64,000 nucleotides of DNA from an uncultured Spirochaetota bacterium (GTDB taxonomy: Bacteria; Spirochaetota; Spirochaetia; SZUA-6; Fen-1364), in assembly GCA_963745235.1 (NCBI GenBank), contig CAVUXE010000011.1, positions 1 through 64,000 of the forward strand, read 5' to 3'. A program made the position numbers and the translations under genes. The notes beneath the pieces were generated by a model, which was not told the origin of the DNA, ran no database searches, and was given only the letters and a program-made list of their open reading frames with translations. Below, one piece after another: positions 41,448 through 51,602 of the stretch. How positions within the stretch are numbered: position 1 is the stretch's first letter; every line of letters begins with the position of its first letter.

Positions 41448-41474
41448 TGTTAGACAATATTATCTTGTATAACA
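41448..41474. promoter_or_regulatory. Putative recombinase site D
   Basis: TGTTAGACAA-TATTATC-TTGTATAACA (arms 9/10), 19 bp from the stub ATG, the same distance as site B. Confidence 0.65.
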
Positions 41475-41779
41475 GTTTCGGACTTTGCCGACAAAGACTG
41501 AGTCTTCCTCATGCAGCGTTGTTGTGGCTGATTTCTTGAGAGGAGAGTTATTTTGACAACTCTTGAAACATTTTCCGGATAGTGGGGTTTTTCATTTCGT
41601 CATTTAGCAGCACATAGTATTTGTGACCCGCTCCGAGTGGAATTTTCGAAAATATGATGTCAACTTTGCCAAAGAAAGGACTTTTTCTCGACAGCCCAAC
41701 CGGCAAGGCAAAGACCACTGTAAATGCGGTTGGGGAGGCGTTTCGCCGTATGGCCCGCACCTCGTGTCCTTTGGAATCA

Positions 41780-42185
41780 CCGAGATCAAACGGCGTGAGC
41801 GTGATGTCAAAGTAGTTGCGACCGGTCTGATGGTTCATAGGGCCCTCGCCGCAGCCACGCTTCTATCAGAGCAAGGGATGGAGGTTGAGGTGATCGATTC
41901 CAGGACCCTTGTTCTCTTGGACTGCGACGCAATCGTCGAGTCGGTTCGCAAAACTGGGCGTTAGTTGTAGTAAACGAGGACGAACGTACCTAGCTAGCTA
42001 TAGCTAAGCTAGGGGCTCGCTTCCGAAATCGCTGCGATTGCCGCTGAGGAAGCAATTGGTCGCTGGATGCGACGGTCATACGTGTGACCATCCCCGACAC
42101 TCCTATCCCCTTTGCGCCGAACAGCGAGGCTGCCATCCTTCCTGGCAGAGAGAGTATCATAGCGGCAGTGCTTTCCGTCCTGTAG
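41780..42185 (+). pseudogene. 2-oxoacid dehydrogenase E1-beta / transketolase C-terminal fragment
   Basis: VVATGLMVHRALAAA...EVEVIDSRTL...ESVRKTGR...PIPFAP, frameshifted and 5'-truncated. Confidence 0.75.
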
Positions 42186-42854
42186 GGCGCGGTCGAGTGA
42201 ACGCCGCCACATTTTGTTTCGATGAACGGTATGGAGGTTCACTTTGCTGCAGCCATTCCCATTTGCGAGAATGAAGTTCAATTAACCACTCGCCGGCTTT
42301 GGTTTCGGTCGTAGCAGGGGACGTTCTTGCACCAAATGTCGATCCCAAGGGCGCCTGCGGCCTTAGAAGCAGCGGCACGACTTTTCGAGACCTTACAATT
42401 CTACGGATAGTGCGGAAGGCGGCTATACGGAACGGATCGCGGCGGCGCTCGGCCGTAGGTATTCGCAATTTATTGGGAGAGTTGAGAGGCCTGGAGAGCA
42501 AATGATAGATCAAGATAGGTCTTTTCCTTATTGACTCAAGTGTCGCAGCTATGGTTTTCTTTTCCCATGACTGTGGTCTTAAGAGACCAGGAAAATTCGA
42601 ACATTTTTTGCGGTGGCAGCTTGTTTCGTGAAATAGCCGGTAATCTTCCATGCCCTGTAAACGGTCCATACGAAAGAAAGAGGAGTCCAACCCACAGAAC
42701 AAGCATAGAAAGACCTTCGTGTTTTGAAGTCTACGTCTATGGCGTGAGTCTCAGGAGATGATCGAATCGTGGATAATTCAACAAGGCGGGCGTATTCATA
42801 CGCCACTGGACGCTCTCGGAGTCTTGGCTTTTCCTTTAGACAGTCTTCATCGGC

Positions 42855-43724
42855 ATGTTCATGATGCGATCTGCAGCCTGTCTGCGGTCTGGCAAAAGGT
42901 ATGTGAGACTCATTCGTAAGATAGCCATTGACGTCGCTCTCGGTGCCGGCGCGATGACTCGAAAGAGCTACGGCAACTCGCTTCAGGTGGACAAGACGTT
43001 GCCTCACGATTTGAAACTACGCCTGGACCGCACATGCGAGGAGAGGATCTTGACTACCATTCGACGAAGATTCCCGGAACATGGGGTGTTATCAGAAGAA
43101 AATGGGTATACGCCAGGTGTAGATCCGTTTCTTTGGATAGTGGATCCTTTGGATGGCACTGTTAACTTTTTCCATGAGATCCCGTTTTTCTGCACGTGCG
43201 TGTCTTGCCACAAAATCAAAGAACGCCAAGGCATCCAAGGAGAGATCCTCCTGCCCGACGGCCGCGCGGTTGGCTCAGCGCTGGTGAGCGTTATCTACAG
43301 ACCGGTCGGGGAGGAGCTTTTCACAGGGTTTCTCGATGGTGGTGCTTACTTGAATGGCAGATTGCTTCATTTGGAACACTTGGCCGATCTTTCGCTGGCA
43401 ATCGCCTCTCTTTCTTTTGGGGCGCGGGATGGGAGCATAGCATACATTGGCAGGCTACTCCCCCGGATGGTCGAACGCGCGCAGAAGGTGCGAAGCTTCG
43501 GCAGCACGGCCCTGGACATAGCGTATGTTGCGGCAGGTAGGGTAGGAGCGTTCGTGCAGATGGGTACCAATCTCTGGGATTTCGCCGCGGCGGCAGCTAT
43601 CCTGAAAGAAGCGGGAGGCGTCCTAGAGGCCGAGGAATACACTCGAGGACGATGGAAGGTTGTCGCGGGCAATCCCGGCACATTTCCTGAAGTGCGAATG
43701 ATAGCTGAGGGAGCGCTCAAATGA
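42855..43724 (+). CDS. Inositol monophosphatase family protein
   Basis: LSEE, WIVDPLDGTVNF, RSFGS and WDFAA motifs. Confidence 0.9.
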   Translation: MFMMRSAACLRSGKRYVRLIRKIAIDVALGAGAMTRKSYGNSLQVDKTLPHDLKLRLDRTCEERILTTIRRRFPEHGVLSEENGYTPGVDPFLWIVDPLDGTVNFFHEIPFFCTCVSCHKIKERQGIQGEILLPDGRAVGSALVSVIYRPVGEELFTGFLDGGAYLNGRLLHLEHLADLSLAIASLSFGARDGSIAYIGRLLPRMVERAQKVRSFGSTALDIAYVAAGRVGAFVQMGTNLWDFAAAAAILKEAGGVLEAEEYTRGRWKVVAGNPGTFPEVRMIAEGALK

Positions 43725-44411
43725 GGGTAGTCCTAGTACGTCACGGTCAGACAGAGATGAATGCGCACGGGGTCTACAGGGGGAGGATCAACGTGTCGCT
43801 AAGCGCCCGTGGAATAGAGGAAGCAAGAGCCATGGGCAGGGTTCTTGAAACGGCTCAACTGGACTTGATCTATTCCAGCCCGCTGAATCGAGCGATTGAA
43901 ACGGCGCGTGAAATTGCTTCTTTTCACCCAGGGATTGGCGTCGAGACTGCTGAGGAGTTTACCGACATGAATTTCGGCAAATGGCAGGGGCTCAGTGTGC
44001 CGGAGGTCGAGATGCGGTTTCCAGAAGCATATCGAATCTGGGTAAGAAGACCTGATCAGGCTGAAATAGCCTGCGGCGAGAATCTGCGCGTGGTAAGAAA
44101 ACGCGCTTTAGCCGGGCTGAAACGCATTGCTGTCTCTCCGTCCGGAAGCAACCGTTGTCGTGGTTTCACATGGGGTAGTGAACAAAGTTCTTCTGTGCGC
44201 GCTCCTTGGCGCGCCAGTCAGCGCCTTCTGGCATGTAAAACAGGATAATGGAGCGCTCAATCTTTTGGAGTATTCGCCCCTTGGTGCAAAAGTCTTTCTC
44301 ATGAATTATGTCTGTCATCTCGCTTCTATACCTCGCCTCATTTCTGACATGGACCATTCGAGCACTCCGGTCGGACCTACTACTGATGATGAAAGGCAGT
44401 ACGATACGTGA
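43721..44411 (+). CDS. Histidine phosphatase (phosphoglycerate mutase family), one frameshift
   Basis: LVRHGQT, SSPLNRA and VVSHG motifs. Confidence 0.85.
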
Positions 44412-45289
44412 GAAAAAGCTTTTGTCGATTTGACCCGGATGCATTCAAAATAATGCTTAGCTGAGTCCTACAAGCCTTAACAGAGGCCATCGCGGTTAAG
44501 CCCGACTGTCTTTTCCTGTGTTATTTACCGCTAGTCAATTTGGATCTGTTCCCAGCCGTACTTTCTTTCCAGAATTCTTGGAGTTCCTTTAGGTCCTTCT
44601 CATTCTCGCTTCGTACGCGACCAACCCAAAAGGGGCCATCCGCAATACCGGCGACCGAAAACGAACCCTTAAGGTAACTCGCGCTTTCGTCAATCTCCGA
44701 CTTTATTTCGTCACCGCCATTGGCGCGGCAAGCGAACATTTGGCACAGACCGGTAGCATCAGGAAAGATTTCTGAGAATTTCTTCACGGCTCAGCCTCCC
44801 GATTGTGATTCGCTATAGTACCACCACAGATTTGTGAAGTAAAGGAGTCTTACGGCGTTATGCACTGCGTGACACCCGTCTAGCTTCGACACGATTGTGG
44901 CAGCGAAGGAGCGGCTGGCAACCAAATAGGTTGTACGCCCTCGCAACAGTGCAGGCCCTCGGGCACGCAAACGCAAACATCACCGAGGCCTTGTGGTCTG
45001 GGACTTGCCGGGTTGGCTCTGGAATTTGGTTCTGGGCAAAGACAGTGAGCAATAACCAGGATGACCAAAGACACAAGGAATCGCGAGCGCGCTGAATTGT
45101 TGACTCGGACGACCACCCCCTTCGCTACTATCGCGATCATGGAAGAGTGATCGATAATCTTCTGGACGGAATAACACATATTTACCAAACAATCTACAAC
45201 AGAGCAGAACGAAGACATGAAGACCGCACAAGACAGGGAGACATGCTGGCCTTGATTACAATTCGGGAAGCAGCAACAAAAATTGCCCA

Positions 45290-45990
45290 GGCTTTCGGTA
45301 CCATCCTGAATCTGTTGAACCTCCAGGCGTGCATCGTGGGTGTATCTCGAGCAGGCGAACATCCTTCTCGATCCGATACGAAACGCTCGATGGCGCAAAG
45401 GCCGCTCCGTCATCGATTTGTAGGATCCACAGAAAGCGGCGAAAAAGGGGTCCGAATTCGCTCCTTCCGCAGAGTCTGTCGCAAACCTATACACCTATTA
45501 TTCGACCAAGAAGAAGTTTCAAGACTACTAGCCAAAAACGTGGATTGGTTGGCCTGGTGGTGGAGGCCTTTGTTCGAGGCATCCCCTGCTTCCACATATG
45601 CACCAGGGGCCGTTCGGGTCGACGCAGCGGTGACCAATTTCCGCCGCGTAGCCCTTTGCGCCTCTGAAGAGCTTGCCGTCAAGAACAAGGCTCCCCCCGA
45701 TGTCCGTCCCGATCGTAATCATGACGAAATTGCTGCATTCCCTCCCGGCACCGAACAGCAGCTCGCCCAGGGCGGCGCATATGGCGTTGACCGCAACCGT
45801 CGGCACGCCAAACTGCGAGCAATATATCCCTGAACAGAATTGCCCTGAAGGGAAGGAATATTGGCATCCTTCAAGAAAGATGCCGCTCTTTACATCAGTG
45901 AATCCTGGCGTGCCGATGCCGATTCCGATGAGCCTGCCATCTTGCGGCTTTGCTCTTAGCACCGAATCAAAAGACGCTTGCCACTGAACC
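45290..45990 (-). pseudogene. ROK family sugar kinase remnant
   Basis: GIGIGTPG, ALGELLFGAG, ITIGTDIGG and AEIGH...CICGSRGCLE motifs, with several frameshifts. Confidence 0.75.
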
Positions 45991-46167
45991 CATGATGACT
46001 TCGAAATCGGCGCGCGAGTCGATCATGACTGGGGCACCAGCCATGATTGTCCCGTTTTCTTCGCACCAGACCAAGCTTGACCTAGGTTCCTCCGAAATCG
46101 ATACAAGCTAGAATATCCATGTGCCGCCATGACTCGCCTTTTCCAGGCATCACTTGTTCGCCGGGCG

Positions 46168-46602
46168 CTACCTGCAGGGGCAGGCGCCGGGCTCTTCGCC
46201 TTGACGTGTCTGGCCTTCCCACCTGCCGATGGCCCCGAAATCGACGACGCGCGTGTAGCCCAGCCCTCGCAGGGTCTTCGTGGCCAGTGCAGCTCTGCCG
46301 CCGGAGGCGCAGTAGACGATGACCAGCGCCGAGGCGTCCGTAGTCGGAAGACGAGCGGCGATCTTGTCGTAGGGGATGTTGATCGCGGTGGGAATGTGCC
46401 CTGACATGTATTCGTCCGGGGTGCGCACGTCGACGAGCACGTACGGCTCCAGCGTCTCTGCCAGGAGGGCGGCAAGTTGCCCAGGGTCTGTATAGTCTCT
46501 GACAGCAGAGGGCTCGGGCGCTTTCGCCTTTGTGAGGCAGGCGGCAAGGATCGCCGTCAAGGTGATGATTGCGAGAATGCGAAGTGGTTTCCAGGTTTTC
46601 AT
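46168..46602 (-). CDS. Rhodanese-like lipoprotein
   Basis: Lipobox LAAC; DVRTPDEYMSGHIP; active-site loop YCASGGRA. Confidence 0.9.
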   Translation of the reverse strand: MKTWKPLRILAIITLTAILAACLTKAKAPEPSAVRDYTDPGQLAALLAETLEPYVLVDVRTPDEYMSGHIPTAINIPYDKIAARLPTTDASALVIVYCASGGRAALATKTLRGLGYTRVVDFGAIGRWEGQTRQGEEPGACPCR

Positions 46603-46863
46603 AGAGATCCTCCTTCTCCCCTGCCCGAGCGCAGATCACCCGAGGGTGCTGAGGACGCGGTCAAGGTACTGGATGCTCCTCGAGATCATCCGTAAATGAT
46701 CCGCGGATATTCCCTTCCAGAGCAAGGCTTTCCGTGTAGCCAATCTCCGCCTGCAGCCTGAAAATGCGGGTGAAGTCCAGCTGTCCGAACCCCGGAAGAA
46801 GCCGGTTGTTATTGGGAAATGTGCAAGCAATGGTAGTGTAGTGTGCCCGAAAGCGCAAGAGCA

Positions 46864-48434
46864 CGCATTGCCTCATCAGAATTCTAACCCAACGAGCTGA
46901 TTTGCCTCATCGAAAAATCTAACCCTAAAAAATCCCCTCCGCGACCTGACATGATGGCGCCGCGGGAGGAAAAGGGTGGGATTAACGATGAGGGAGAAGA
47001 AATCCATTACTCGCGTGACGGCTCGCAGATACCGGAATGCGAACAAGAAAGCCAAGCAGAAAATCCTGGACGAGCTTACTCGAACGACTGGCTACAACCG
47101 CAAGTATGCCATCCACATGCTTACCAATTGGGGCAAAGAAAAGTTTCACAGGGTGGAGGGGAGGTCGATCAAGTTTACCGTCGGCCAGCCCACAAAGCGC
47201 AAGAAACGCCTCGGCAGGCGTATCTATGATGAGAGGGTCCGAGAGGCTGTTCGCAAGCTCTGGCAGTTGTTTGACTACATGTGTGGCAAGCGCCTGGCGG
47301 TCATCATACGGCTGAACATCGCGATGTTGCACCGGGAACCGGATCTGGGCATCGATGAGGCGGTGAAGCAGAAGCTCCTGAAGATCAGCCCTGCCACCAT
47401 CGACCGCATGCTGACCACAGAGCGCAAGAAACTGGTGATCAAGGGCCGCAGCCACACCCGTGGCGGCACGCTGCTCAAGCACCAGATTCCCATCCGCACC
47501 TTCTATGATTGGGATGAGCGCAAGCCGGGCTTTTTCGAAGCCGATACTGTGGCCCACGACGGGGGAAATAGTTCGGGGGAATGCTGCTTTACGCTGAACG
47601 CCACCGACGTTTTCTCTGGGTGGGTGGAGCTGCGCTCATTGCCCAATCGGGCGCACCGGTGGGTCAAAGACGAAGCGGAAGGGATTCGTGCACAGCTGCC
47701 TTTTGCGCTTAAAGGTTGGGATTCCGATAACGGAGGAGAGTTTATCAACCACCAGCTTTTGAACTGGGCCAACGAGCATCACATCAGCTTCACCCGTGCT
47801 CGCTCCTATCGCAAGAATGACAACTGTTTCGTCGAGCAGAAAAACGATCTGGCCGTTCGACGCACGGTGGGCTACTACCGCTTCGAGACGCAGGCCGAGT
47901 ATGAGGGGCTCAAAGAGGTGTACAAACACCTGTGCCCGCTGTTGAACTTTTATTACCCCTCGGTGAGAATCATCGAGAAGACTCGAATCGGGGCACGAGT
48001 GAAGAAGAAATACGATGCACCCAAACCGCCTTACCAGCGGATGTTGGAATCCCCCGATGTTGAGGAGGAGGTGAAGAAAGAGCTCCGACGACGTGCCCAG
48101 AAGCTACACATCGTGAAGCAGAAACGTTTGGTGGATCAAGCTGTGGCGCGGTTGATGCGGATACACGATGAGAAAAACCAAGGGCACTTGTTGCTGGAGT
48201 AGGGCTCGCCGGGCACGTGCATCGACCAGACGGCCGCGTGTGATCGAAAACGTACGTCGTGGCGGGCCAAGGGCGCATTTCCCGAGGCGAGGTGGTATCC
48301 AGGTACCCCTCGAAATGGCTGGACTTCGCGGGCAAGACGCACTTTTGAGTGGGGCCTCGGAGCCAGCTCCAGGGTTAGAATTTTGGATGAGGCATTCAAA
48401 GAACTACGGTTAGAATTTTTGGTGAGGCAATACG
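46864..48434 (+). mobile_element. ISNCY-type IS with doubled terminal repeats
   Basis: Each end carries two ~23-bp TTGCCTCA...TCTAACC units, inverted between ends; flanks are GAGCA / GAGCG. Confidence 0.8.
46976..48202 (+). CDS. Integrase-core (rve) DDE transposase
   Basis: PGFFEADTVAH, DSDNGGEF and KNDNCFVEQKN motifs. Confidence 0.9.
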   Translation: MGLTMREKKSITRVTARRYRNANKKAKQKILDELTRTTGYNRKYAIHMLTNWGKEKFHRVEGRSIKFTVGQPTKRKKRLGRRIYDERVREAVRKLWQLFDYMCGKRLAVIIRLNIAMLHREPDLGIDEAVKQKLLKISPATIDRMLTTERKKLVIKGRSHTRGGTLLKHQIPIRTFYDWDERKPGFFEADTVAHDGGNSSGECCFTLNATDVFSGWVELRSLPNRAHRWVKDEAEGIRAQLPFALKGWDSDNGGEFINHQLLNWANEHHISFTRARSYRKNDNCFVEQKNDLAVRRTVGYYRFETQAEYEGLKEVYKHLCPLLNFYYPSVRIIEKTRIGARVKKKYDAPKPPYQRMLESPDVEEEVKKELRRRAQKLHIVKQKRLVDQAVARLMRIHDEKNQGHLLLE

Positions 48435-49003
48435 GAGCGCCGCCGTGCTGTCGCATTCCTCGATGTTCATATGGAACGTGTCTGGGAGGAATCCCCATCC
48501 CGCCTCCTTCGCAGCCGGAGCACAACGCAGAGGCCTGCTCCAGCGTATTCGCCAACCGAGGTTTCGTTGCGATTCGTTGCCTCAATGAGGATGGGAACCG
48601 GATCAGCGACACGCACTTCGGCCGGCTCCGCGACTGATAGGATGAAGCGTTCCGTCGTGGTCGGATGGTCCGGCACGGGCGGACTCTTGAGCAGCCAAAT
48701 GATGAGCTTTGCGGAAAAATGCCGCGCGTAGCGGATGAGACCGGCGCAGTGAGATACCGACTTCCTTCGAGCCTCGTCGTTGGCGTTTGACAGGGAGAGA
48801 CTGCGAGCCTCGGCGTATGCACCCCGATGCGAGCTTGGTCATTGAGAACCCGAAATCCTTCAGGTATTCTATCAGTGCGTCCGGGTCCACCTAGTTTCTC
48901 CTTCGCCAGGGTGAGGACTCCGGCAAAGTCTCTGCTCAGCTGGTAGTCCACTGGCAGGGTCAGCTGCACCCCAGGGTAATCGTGGCGCGGTTTGCATGTC
49001 GAC

Positions 49004-49696
49004 TCATCCTCCCGGCTGCAGCGACTTCACCCACTTCACGGTGCTGCCGATATCCTCGCTATTGAACAGGAGGGAGCCCATGACGATGAGTTGGGCTCCG
49101 GCCGCGCGCAAGCCTGGCACAGTACTGGCCCTGATGCCGCCATCTGACTCCACGCGCACGGTCCGTTCTAAGCCGTGCTCTTTGACGAGGGCGCGGACCG
49201 CGCGAACCCGGGGAGCGGCAAGGGGGGAAAGGTTCTTTCCCTTCACTCCCATCGGAGTGCCCATGAGAACCACGATGTTGATGGACGGCAAGCTCGGAAC
49301 GAGGGACTCCAACGGCACGTCCAGACCCAGAGCCAATCCGGCAGCCAGCTCGCGGCGTGCCGTTCGCTCCAGAGCAGCCGGGACACGCGAGCCGTTTTCG
49401 CAGTGGACCGTTATCATGTCCGCGCCCGCGTCAGCAAAGTCGTCGACCAGAGACAACGGGTTCTCCGTCATAAGGTGGACATGGAACGGTTTCTTCGTGA
49501 GAGGCCGCAGCGCGGCAACCAGATCGGGGAAGAACACGAGGCCCGGGACGAAATGCGCGTCACAGACGTCGACATGGTAAAGATCCACATGGGCATCCAC
49601 ACGCTCGATTTCTGCACCCAGCCGGGTGAAGTCCGCTGACCACAGCGACGCTTCGGCTAGGAGGTCATTGCCAGGGAACCGGTTCCAGAAATCCAT
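49004..49696 (-). CDS. rpe: Ribulose-phosphate 3-epimerase family protein
   Basis: HVDVCDAHFVP, HVHLM, SDGGI and VMGS motifs. Confidence 0.88.
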   Translation of the reverse strand: MDFWNRFPGNDLLAEASLWSADFTRLGAEIERVDAHVDLYHVDVCDAHFVPGLVFFPDLVAALRPLTKKPFHVHLMTENPLSLVDDFADAGADMITVHCENGSRVPAALERTARRELAAGLALGLDVPLESLVPSLPSINIVVLMGTPMGVKGKNLSPLAAPRVRAVRALVKEHGLERTVRVESDGGIRASTVPGLRAAGAQLIVMGSLLFNSEDIGSTVKWVKSLQPGG

Positions 49697-49705
49697 GGGT
49701 CGTCC

Positions 49706-50117
49706 CTATGACTCCCTGACCAGGTACTTCTTCGGGAACTCGGCGCCCACGACGTACTTGAACAGGGGGTCGCGGATCATCTGGTAGACGTTCACGCGAA
49801 AGCTCGGGTTCACGGTGAGCAGGAGGTAGGCGTCGGTTGGCGTTATGCCGTACTCATTCACCATCCACCTCCATGCGGTAGGTGATATGGAAAGAAAATT
49901 CTATACGCTCGCATCGATGGATTAACGCGACAATTCAAGGTGCCCTCCGTCTTGACCTCATCCTCCGTAGGGAGATCCTTTTCGGACTCGATCTTTCCCC
50001 CCCCGTGTTGTCCCGGGTCTCCACCATGAACTCCTCTTCCTGGCCGACCCTGACAACGGGCGGTTTCGTCCAGTCGAACGTGTAGCTGAGCCGAGCTTCC
50101 CATGAGATTCGCTTCAT
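49706..50117 (-). pseudogene. Acetamidase/formamidase family gene, internally deleted
   Basis: N-terminal YTFDWTKPPVVRV...FMVETRD lies close to C-terminal WMVNEYGITPTDAYLLL...VVGAEFPKKYL. Confidence 0.65.
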
Positions 50118-50508
50118 CTGATCGCCTCCACGCTGATTATTCTATAGGTAATCCGGGCCTTGTCAAAGCGCGGTTACTGCTGGGCTTCGGATGTCAGCGA
50201 CAGGCAGCAGGATCTCGAACTCGCAGCCTGATGGCGAACGGTTCTTTGCCTTTGTTGACGATGCCTATCTCACCTAGAGTCAAAGAACTGATCTCCTGCC
50301 TCGAAGCGTTTGGGAAAGCGTGCGCTGCGGGGATATCCGAGGCGCGGCAACTGCGTAGATCTCGCCGGCGTGTTTTCCGAAATTCATGATCAGTTCGCTC
50401 TTGCTTTCGAGCGGTTAATGGCTCAGACGATTCGGTCTTTGCTATTACGGCTGCTGCGGAGCCGCTCACTTGACAGATGTCGTTCGCCGTGAGAGTATGT
50501 GGTTGTTA

Positions 50509-50528
50509 AACTATGTAATTACATAGTT
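50509..50528. promoter_or_regulatory. Perfect 20-bp palindromic operator, likely bound by the GntR/HutC regulator
   Basis: AACTATGTAATTACATAGTT, downstream of TTGACA (50470) and upstream of the GntR operon. Confidence 0.65.
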
Positions 50529-50573
50529 ACATTATGGTAACCCGATAATCGGGGAAGGAGTACTCGCGGAAAC

Positions 50574-50819
50574 ATGGCGCTCGGCATGGAGCTCGATACC
50601 ATTACGGCTGTTGTTTTGGGAGGCACAAGCATTGGGGGAGGCAGGGGGACGATCGCCGGCACGGTCATTTCGGTGCTCATGATAGGACTTTTAAGGAACG
50701 GCATGTACGCGAAGAATATTTCGCCGGAAATCATGAAGATAGTCATAGGAGGACTTCTCATTGTGAGTCTTCTTGTGCCACGGGTCCTTGGTGGTGTAGG
50801 GAAAGCTGAGGGAAAATGA
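50574..50819 (+). pseudogene. C-terminal fragment of a sugar ABC permease
   Basis: GMELDTITAVVLGGTSIGGGRGTI; only 81 aa. Confidence 0.75.
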
Positions 50820-51580
50820 AGGAAGAACTGTTTGTCCAGGTGGACAAGAACCGGGCAATCCCATTTTACTACCAAGTGAGCGAGTTTATCCAAGAACTCG
50901 TTCGGAAGGGCGATATCCAACCGGGCGAGCAAATGCTCCCCGAGGAAGTGCTCGCCGAGCGGTTCGGTGTTAGTAGACCGACGATCAACAAGGCAATAGC
51001 GATCCTTGTTCGTAAATCAGTGCTTTCGAGAGAACGAGGGAGGGGCACCTTCGTGTATTCGGGAGAGGTACGGCTCACACTCATGCAGGAACTAGCGAGC
51101 CTTCACGAGGCGATGCAGAAAAATAATATCAAATTTAGGACCGAAGTGCTGAAGCTGGAGCGGCTCAGGGCGGACAAGCAAATCGCCGGCCTGCTGGACT
51201 TGAAGGAAGGCGCCGCGGTCTTCTATCTGAAGCGTCTCCGCTACGTTGAGGACGAGCCGTTTCTCATTTCCAAATCCTATCTACCGTTCACCATTTTCCC
51301 GGGGTTTGAAGAGCACGACTTCATTACGAACTCACTCTATGCAGTTATAGAAAGCCAATACGAAATTCCTGTGATTAAGACTGAACGCTTTGCGCGGGCC
51401 GTCAAGGCCCTCGATGAGGAAGCGCATTTATTCAGGATACCGCTTGGTGATCCGTTGATCCAGCTCGAAGGAGTTGCGCTCACTTTGAAGGACCTAAAAG
51501 TCGAATACTTCAACACGAAGATCCGTGGAGACCGGGGTGTGCTAAGCACCACCTTGTTAAGGAAGCGGAGGCCAGCGTGA
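50816..51580 (+). CDS. GntR family regulator (HutC/UTRA)
   Basis: LPEEVLAERFGVSRPTINKA...RGRGTFV HTH plus a UTRA domain. Confidence 0.93.
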   Translation: MKEELFVQVDKNRAIPFYYQVSEFIQELVRKGDIQPGEQMLPEEVLAERFGVSRPTINKAIAILVRKSVLSRERGRGTFVYSGEVRLTLMQELASLHEAMQKNNIKFRTEVLKLERLRADKQIAGLLDLKEGAAVFYLKRLRYVEDEPFLISKSYLPFTIFPGFEEHDFITNSLYAVIESQYEIPVIKTERFARAVKALDEEAHLFRIPLGDPLIQLEGVALTLKDLKVEYFNTKIRGDRGVLSTTLLRKRRPA

Positions 51581-51602
51581 AAAGACCCAAGACAGGAGGG
51601 GG

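Larger units (their letters stand above)
46636..49007 (-). pseudogene. Sugar phosphate isomerase/epimerase (TIM barrel) interrupted by an IS
   Basis: ILIEATNRNE upstream of the IS; NNRLLPGFGQLDF...IGYTESLALEG downstream of it. Confidence 0.7.

Noticed and set aside
41990-42013. TAGC-rich low-complexity run
   Set aside because: Very short and inside a decayed pseudogene; likely slippage or an assembly artefact.
48136-48969. 277-aa minus-strand ORF
   Set aside because: Chimeric read-through of the frameshifted isomerase pseudogene into the IS end.
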